This document shows positions 59,741 to 64,000 of a stretch of DNA of 64,000 bases, one piece after another. Location of the stretch: contig CAZFJX010000008.1 of NCBI GenBank assembly GCA_964519505.1, forward strand, positions 5,236 to 69,235, read 5' to 3'. Position numbers and translations under genes: made by a program. Position 1 is the stretch's first letter. Each line of letters opens with the position of its first letter. The stretch is from an uncultured Desulfurococcales archaeon (GTDB lineage Archaea; Thermoproteota; Thermoprotei_A; Sulfolobales; CAZFJX01). The notes below the pieces were generated by a model. That model saw nothing but the letters and a program-made list of their open reading frames with translations, was not told where the DNA came from and searched no databases.

Positions 59741-59965
59741 CTATACAAATAGCGCTATTATAGCCACCTCTACCGCATATCTAAGTCTGAACGTTCCCAT
59801 AGCTATGGAGGCTAGTACATCTGTAACTACAGCGGCTATTATGGCGGCATGAATACCTATCTCAATGGTTGAATAGACCATAAGCGCTATGAGAGGCACT
59901 GATATCTCACTACCAACGATAGCTACTACATATAGGTTAACACCCTTAACCTTAATACTGTACAT
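59741..59965 (-). pseudogene. Small membrane-protein gene, probably truncated by a premature stop
   Basis: Hydrophobic 74-aa ORF ends in TAG in mid-TM; coding-like sequence continues in shifted frames beyond it. Confidence 0.4.
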
Positions 59966-59993
59966 ACCTTAAACTGTGGTTAGGGTTGAGTGA

Positions 59994-60254
59994 ATGGGAG
60001 GTAAGGTGAAGACTAGTATAGTTATTGATAGTGATTTATGGGAGGAGTTCAAACCAAGAGTTGGAAGCAAGAAAGGTATGAAAGCCCTTAGCCGAGCTAT
60101 TAAGGAAGAAATCCCTGAGCGCTTAATAATTGAGGCGTTAAAGGAACTTATTGGGTTTAAGGAGAAGTTACCGTTGGTTATTAGCCCCGTTAAGCCTAAG
60201 GTAAAAAACGATGCAGGGAAGACAGTCAGGGAATTGAGGAGGTCAAGGACATGA
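59994..60254 (+). CDS. Ribbon-helix-helix (VapB/CopG-like) antitoxin
   Basis: KVKTSIVIDSDLWEEFK N-terminus and DAGKTVRELR C-terminus; followed by a PIN-toxin remnant. Confidence 0.7.
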   Translation: MGGKVKTSIVIDSDLWEEFKPRVGSKKGMKALSRAIKEEIPERLIIEALKELIGFKEKLPLVISPVKPKVKNDAGKTVRELRRSRT

Positions 60255-60340
60255 AGATAGCTTACTTAGACTTAAAGCATTAAACAGTGAGTTAGTTTTA
60301 TCATTATATGGAATATAAGTGAAGTGCTTGGGAGGGTTTA
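60251..60340 (+). pseudogene. Decayed VapC/PIN toxin remnant
   Basis: ATGA overlap; MKIAYLD then, across frameshifts, ALNSELVLS and WNISEVLG, matching the PIN pattern YLD...ALNGE.VLSFS.WNIGEVLG. Confidence 0.6.
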
Positions 60341-60344
60341 ACAT

Positions 60345-61214
60345 ATGTCTTCGCGAGTTGTTGGTCGTGGTGTATGCCCTAAGTGCGGTAGGGAGGGCTC
60401 GGTAGTGTTTAAGGAGATTTCTGGGAGGATCTACGTCTATATGAAGCATGGTCGTGATTGGTGTTACTTAGGTCCGTTAGGTAGTGTGGACTTATCAAGT
60501 GTTCTTACTGACTTAACGGATTACCACACCTTTACCACTAAATTAGCGGGTTTCATTAGGTCTAGGTGGGGTTCAGACAGAATGAAGGTCTCTACACCAT
60601 TCACCATAGGTCTCGCATTACTGTTGACCGCCTACGGAGTTGGGCTTGGTGGACCTAACTACGGTAATTACGTATTGGCGTTAGTGTTGCTATCAACACT
60701 ATCGTTCCTTCTAGCCATAGCTACTTATGAATCCATTTACTCAAAGTTAAAGAGCTATATGGGGCTATCAAGGGTGATGTCTAAGGGGTTAATGCCCTAC
60801 ACACTACTTACGGCTGCGTTAGTGTTCTTCACGGTCATCATCACAATACCTTTAGAGGCGCCAATAAAGCTTGAGCTCACTTACCACCCCCCACCTTACG
60901 TAGGTATTGAGAGTGTACGTACGGCTATCCCCATCACATCAGTAATAATTACGTCATTAGTCGTGACGTACCTCTCAAGACCCTTAATAAATAGTTTAAG
61001 GAGTTATCTAACATATATAGTCTTGTCCACACTGGTAGGTTATGCAGCATTACTAACGTTACCACTAATTCAGTTCGGTATTAATGTACTTGCAGAACCA
61101 TCCACACTCACGTACTTAGCAGTATCAGTAGGCACTGCATTAGTAATTACGGCGGCCTTAATAACCATATTTACAGTCTCATTAAGCGTTCTAAAGAGAG
61201 TAGTTAAAATGTAA
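60345..61214 (+). CDS. Membrane protein with an N-terminal Zn-ribbon/SSV-integrase(N)-like domain
   Basis: GVCPKCGREG...KEISGRIYVYMKH...WCYLGPL followed by about 6 TM segments. Confidence 0.65.
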   Translation: MSSRVVGRGVCPKCGREGSVVFKEISGRIYVYMKHGRDWCYLGPLGSVDLSSVLTDLTDYHTFTTKLAGFIRSRWGSDRMKVSTPFTIGLALLLTAYGVGLGGPNYGNYVLALVLLSTLSFLLAIATYESIYSKLKSYMGLSRVMSKGLMPYTLLTAALVFFTVIITIPLEAPIKLELTYHPPPYVGIESVRTAIPITSVIITSLVVTYLSRPLINSLRSYLTYIVLSTLVGYAALLTLPLIQFGINVLAEPSTLTYLAVSVGTALVITAALITIFTVSLSVLKRVVKM

Positions 61215-61276
61215 AGGACTTAACTTAATTTATGGAAGCTCCATGAGACCTTCATTAATCCTTATGTAGTATTTCA

Positions 61277-61984
61277 TTATATTCTTACTTTATCACCGGC
61301 CCTCAATGTGAGTAGCTTAGTGGGGTATTTCCTCGCTAAGTACTCTCTTGCACGTACGCCTGAGCAATGTAGTGGTACTACATACTCGGCTTTACTAGCT
61401 ACGTAATCTAACTGAGTAATGCGTGGTTCATGAAAACCCCCAATAACCATATAAACTTTACTCACCCCTGTTATGTTAATAGATCTATCAATGATTACTT
61501 TAAGACCTGGATGGGAACATCCAACAACGATTACGAGTCCCTTACCCTTAATTATGAAGACTAGTGAATGCTCTCTTAACCCCCAAAGACAAAGCCTTAA
61601 AGGACCTGTAGACCAAGCCGAACTACTTATCTGCTGAGGTTCATTAATGACTATAGGTCTTAACCCCCAACTCTCCAAATATCCATACCCCCCTGGAGGT
61701 ATGTAAACCGTGAGTGAGGGACATACCTGACCTACGTACTTAAAGCCCCCGTAGTGATCCCCGTGATGGTGGCTTAAGAAGGCAAAGTCTAGTTTAGTTA
61801 GGTCTATACCTAACCTACTGGTGTTATACCTAAGTACCTCACCACTAGTACCGGAGTCAAATAAAGCCCTCCATTCGTTAGACTCTATGTAGAGACTGAG
61901 CCCCCACTCACTAAGAAACCCCTCCCTTGAGTAATTATCTACTAAGACATATATATAGGCACTACCCAGACCCACTACTAGCAC
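61277..61984 (-). CDS. Metallo-beta-lactamase-fold hydrolase (COG1237-like)
   Basis: EWGLS, LFDSG, SHHHGDHYGG, GCSHPG, GGFH and PLHCSG motifs. Confidence 0.88.
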   Translation of the reverse strand: MLVVGLGSAYIYVLVDNYSREGFLSEWGLSLYIESNEWRALFDSGTSGEVLRYNTSRLGIDLTKLDFAFLSHHHGDHYGGFKYVGQVCPSLTVYIPPGGYGYLESWGLRPIVINEPQQISSSAWSTGPLRLCLWGLREHSLVFIIKGKGLVIVVGCSHPGLKVIIDRSINITGVSKVYMVIGGFHEPRITQLDYVASKAEYVVPLHCSGVRAREYLARKYPTKLLTLRAGDKVRI

Positions 61985-62123
61985 CTACCAAATTTAAAAT
62001 ACCTTCAAGCTTATTAATTAAGTCCTTAATAGTATCCTTCTTAGCCACCTTCCTTTAATCATTAACACACTCCTAAGACCTTACATGCATATCAAGTACT
62101 CCACGATAACTCTTAACTCTAAA

Positions 62124-62738
62124 TCACTCAAGTATTTTTCTCAAAGCATTTTTGATTCTGTAGAGTTTATAAGAGGCTACAGGTTTAAATCTCCATAAAG
62201 CGCTCTCTAAGAAATCACCTAATAGTACCTTAGAGTAAACCCTACCCTTAGAATGCTTCTTCTTAAGAACTTCCTCAGTTAACTCTTCATTCTCTAGTTC
62301 CTTCCTCACGTTAAACTCTAAAGAGTTTTGTATAAGCAGAGAGTGCATGAAACTTTAGGTAAATTATTGATGTATGCTGGGTGTATGAGCCCATACTTCT
62401 TAACCACGAACATTGCGTCAGTTAACGTCGTGAACTCAACAGGGTAAATCTCTTAGCACTTGTGGTAAAGCCTTCCTTTAACCTCTTGATGAGTCTTAAA
62501 GCCCTCTTAGGAGAACCAAAACCCTATCAGTCACTCTCTCAATAACTCCGGGGTTGCCCTCAATTATATCTCTTTTAAGATGAGTACACCTCCTATTACT
62601 CTTCCTCGGTAGACCTACTCACTTAAGTAACTTCCTCACATATCTCCTCCTAGGCTCTAAAACTTCTACACCAATGCCTAACCTACTATCAACATACTCA
62701 ACAAATCTTAGGCTTCTTTGAGCCTCAAGGTAAAGCAT
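62124..62738 (-). pseudogene. Degraded PAPS-reductase-domain protein
   Basis: Fragments VEYVDSRLGIGVEVLEP..K*VGLPRKSNRRCTHLK and GLIHPAYINNLPKVSCTLC are broken by several stops and frameshifts; the SGGKDS motif is absent. Confidence 0.65.
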
Positions 62739-62893
62739 ATATACATATATAACCCTTGACTTAAAGTCTATTTATTTCTAGAGCCCTAAGGTGAGTATTC
62801 AGGGTATAGCTTAGTCACGTAACCATTTAAGCAATCCTATTAATCAATGTCTTTAGTACCATAACTTTCAATTGATAATAAATATGGGTGGTA

Positions 62894-63328
62894 TCAGAAC
62901 CAGTATTGTGACGCTTCAGTCTCCCTAACCTTATCCTCATCAGAAAACCTCCACTTACCCCTAAGGTCAAGTATTACGAGACCTAACTCACCACCAAGCC
63001 TATCACTAATAAGTACCTCATACTCTAAATTAGATATCATTATATCACACCTCACCGGACCTACCCTCCTATCATTAGTCTCAACATATACTTCAGCAGC
63101 ATTAGGCACTAGGTAATTCCTTACTGGGCCACCAGCAGTACCTACCTCGATAAGGTAAGCATCGTTAGGCGGAGGCCAGAGACCTAACTCAATAGCTAAT
63201 TTACGCGGTATCAGCAATTGCGGTGTCTCAGCCTCAAACCCTGAGTTTACTAGGGCTGATGTAATTACCTCCTTACTCGCCCTTAGGGACCTTACCCTTA
63301 GCTTGACCCTTACTGCCATAAACATCAC
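62894..63328 (-). CDS. Retropepsin-fold (clan AA-like) protein with NSG in place of DTG
   Basis: LVNSGF...LLIP...LAIELGL...VLISDRL pattern; paralogue at 59109-59534. Confidence 0.65.
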   Translation of the reverse strand: MMFMAVRVKLRVRSLRASKEVITSALVNSGFEAETPQLLIPRKLAIELGLWPPPNDAYLIEVGTAGGPVRNYLVPNAAEVYVETNDRRVGPVRCDIMISNLEYEVLISDRLGGELGLVILDLRGKWRFSDEDKVRETEASQYWF

Positions 63329-63333
63329 CTAAT

Positions 63334-63393
63334 CTCTTTAGGGGGTATATATGACCGATTCTCCTCTTAATAGGGTATATATGACCAATCCTA
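63334..63393. repeat. 30-bp tandem duplication with identical near-palindromic core GGGTATATATGACC
   Basis: Cores at 63343-63356 and 63373-63386; the units share 24 of 30 positions. Confidence 0.75.
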
Positions 63394-63634
63394 CCCTTAA
63401 GTTTACGAATCCTCACTCAATCTAACCTCATAACCTAGTATTCCCTCAAAACTTTTAACTCATTCATAATTAAGCCGGTAAATACCTTTACATACACTAT
63501 CACCGTTAAGTAACTTAATGCTTTAAAACTCTAAGAATTACTACAACCTACACTAACTACTAACGCTTAACTTATAGGGGGTTGGCGCTTTCTTAAGACT
63601 CACTCTCTCCTGGCAAGCATCACTATAGCTATAA

Positions 63635-64000
63635 TTATTTATAATTATTACTTACTACGATTATTATGGCTAATATTATAGCCATGGTTTGAATGATTAC
63701 TTCAAAGATGCTAGGTATTGGCAGGGTTTTTGATTTCGTAATTGCTGGTGTAGGTATTGTAGGTGATTCGTACGTTGTTGTGGCTGTATGAGTAGGGGTC
63801 TTTGTTGCTATAGTTTTCGTGGTTGTTGGTTATGTGGTTATGTGGTTACGCATGTGATGGGTGGAGCTGATGTCTCCATAGCTATGGAGGTGACTGTTTT
63901 GGTTGTTGCGACCCCCTTAGTTGAGGCTAGGCCCGTTAGCCTATCACTTATAATGAAATATAGACCCCATAAGAAGCCAGTATTAACGCTAAGCAAGCCA
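63635..64000 (-). pseudogene. Decayed C-terminus of a Thr-rich cell-surface protein
   Basis: PTTTKTIATKTPTHTATTT...LPIPSIFEVIIQTMAIILAIIIVVSNNYK* with an in-frame TAA at 63832-63830 and further upstream stops; runs toward the window edge. Confidence 0.55.

Noticed and set aside
60345-61214. Integrated SSV-like provirus or att site
   Set aside because: No tRNA fragment, no integrase catalytic half and no viral genes nearby.
63334-63393. Mini CRISPR array
   Set aside because: Only two 14-bp cores with a 16-nt gap, flanks similar to each other, and no cas genes.
1-64000. tRNA/rRNA genes and intact IS elements
   Set aside because: No GC-rich cloverleaf or rRNA-like segment, and no transposase ORF or terminal inverted repeats, were seen by eye.

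Overview
Archaeal DNA, most likely a thermophilic Thermoproteota (crenarchaeal) chromosome. This is inferred from GGTG-type Shine-Dalgarno motifs, archaeal-type HisS, peroxiredoxin and NreA, and a C/D box sRNA. The left part (1-24.8 kb) is mostly metabolic and housekeeping: split FdrA, a three-subunit Mo-hydroxylase, MATE, K+ channel, malic enzyme, amidohydrolase, S9 peptidase, NreA plus radical SAM, hisS, HhH-GPD glycosylase, FprA and peroxiredoxin. The centre (29.2-44.3 kb) is a complete co-oriented CO-to-H2 energy-conservation cluster. It comprises a V4R protein and a wHTH regulator (CorQ/CorR-like), CooF-CooS-CooC-CooT, a five-subunit group 4 [NiFe]-hydrogenase and a seven-subunit Mrp/Mnh Na+/H+ antiporter module, with all catalytic motifs intact. 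The CorR-like regulator has an N-terminal region resembling a degenerate radical-SAM/SPASM Fe-S fold. The flanks (25-29 kb and 44-64 kb) are accessory. They hold toxin-antitoxin pairs, orphan secreted and surface proteins, several pseudogenes missing from the ORF track, two retropepsin-like paralogues with NSG instead of DTG, and a protein with an SSV-integrase-like N-terminus. Two ncRNA candidates were found by reading the sequence: a canonical C/D box sRNA (6300-6357, minus) and a K-turn-containing structured RNA (45955-46086). No CRISPR array, tRNA, rRNA or intact transposase/integrase was seen. All family assignments come from motif recognition, not database searches.
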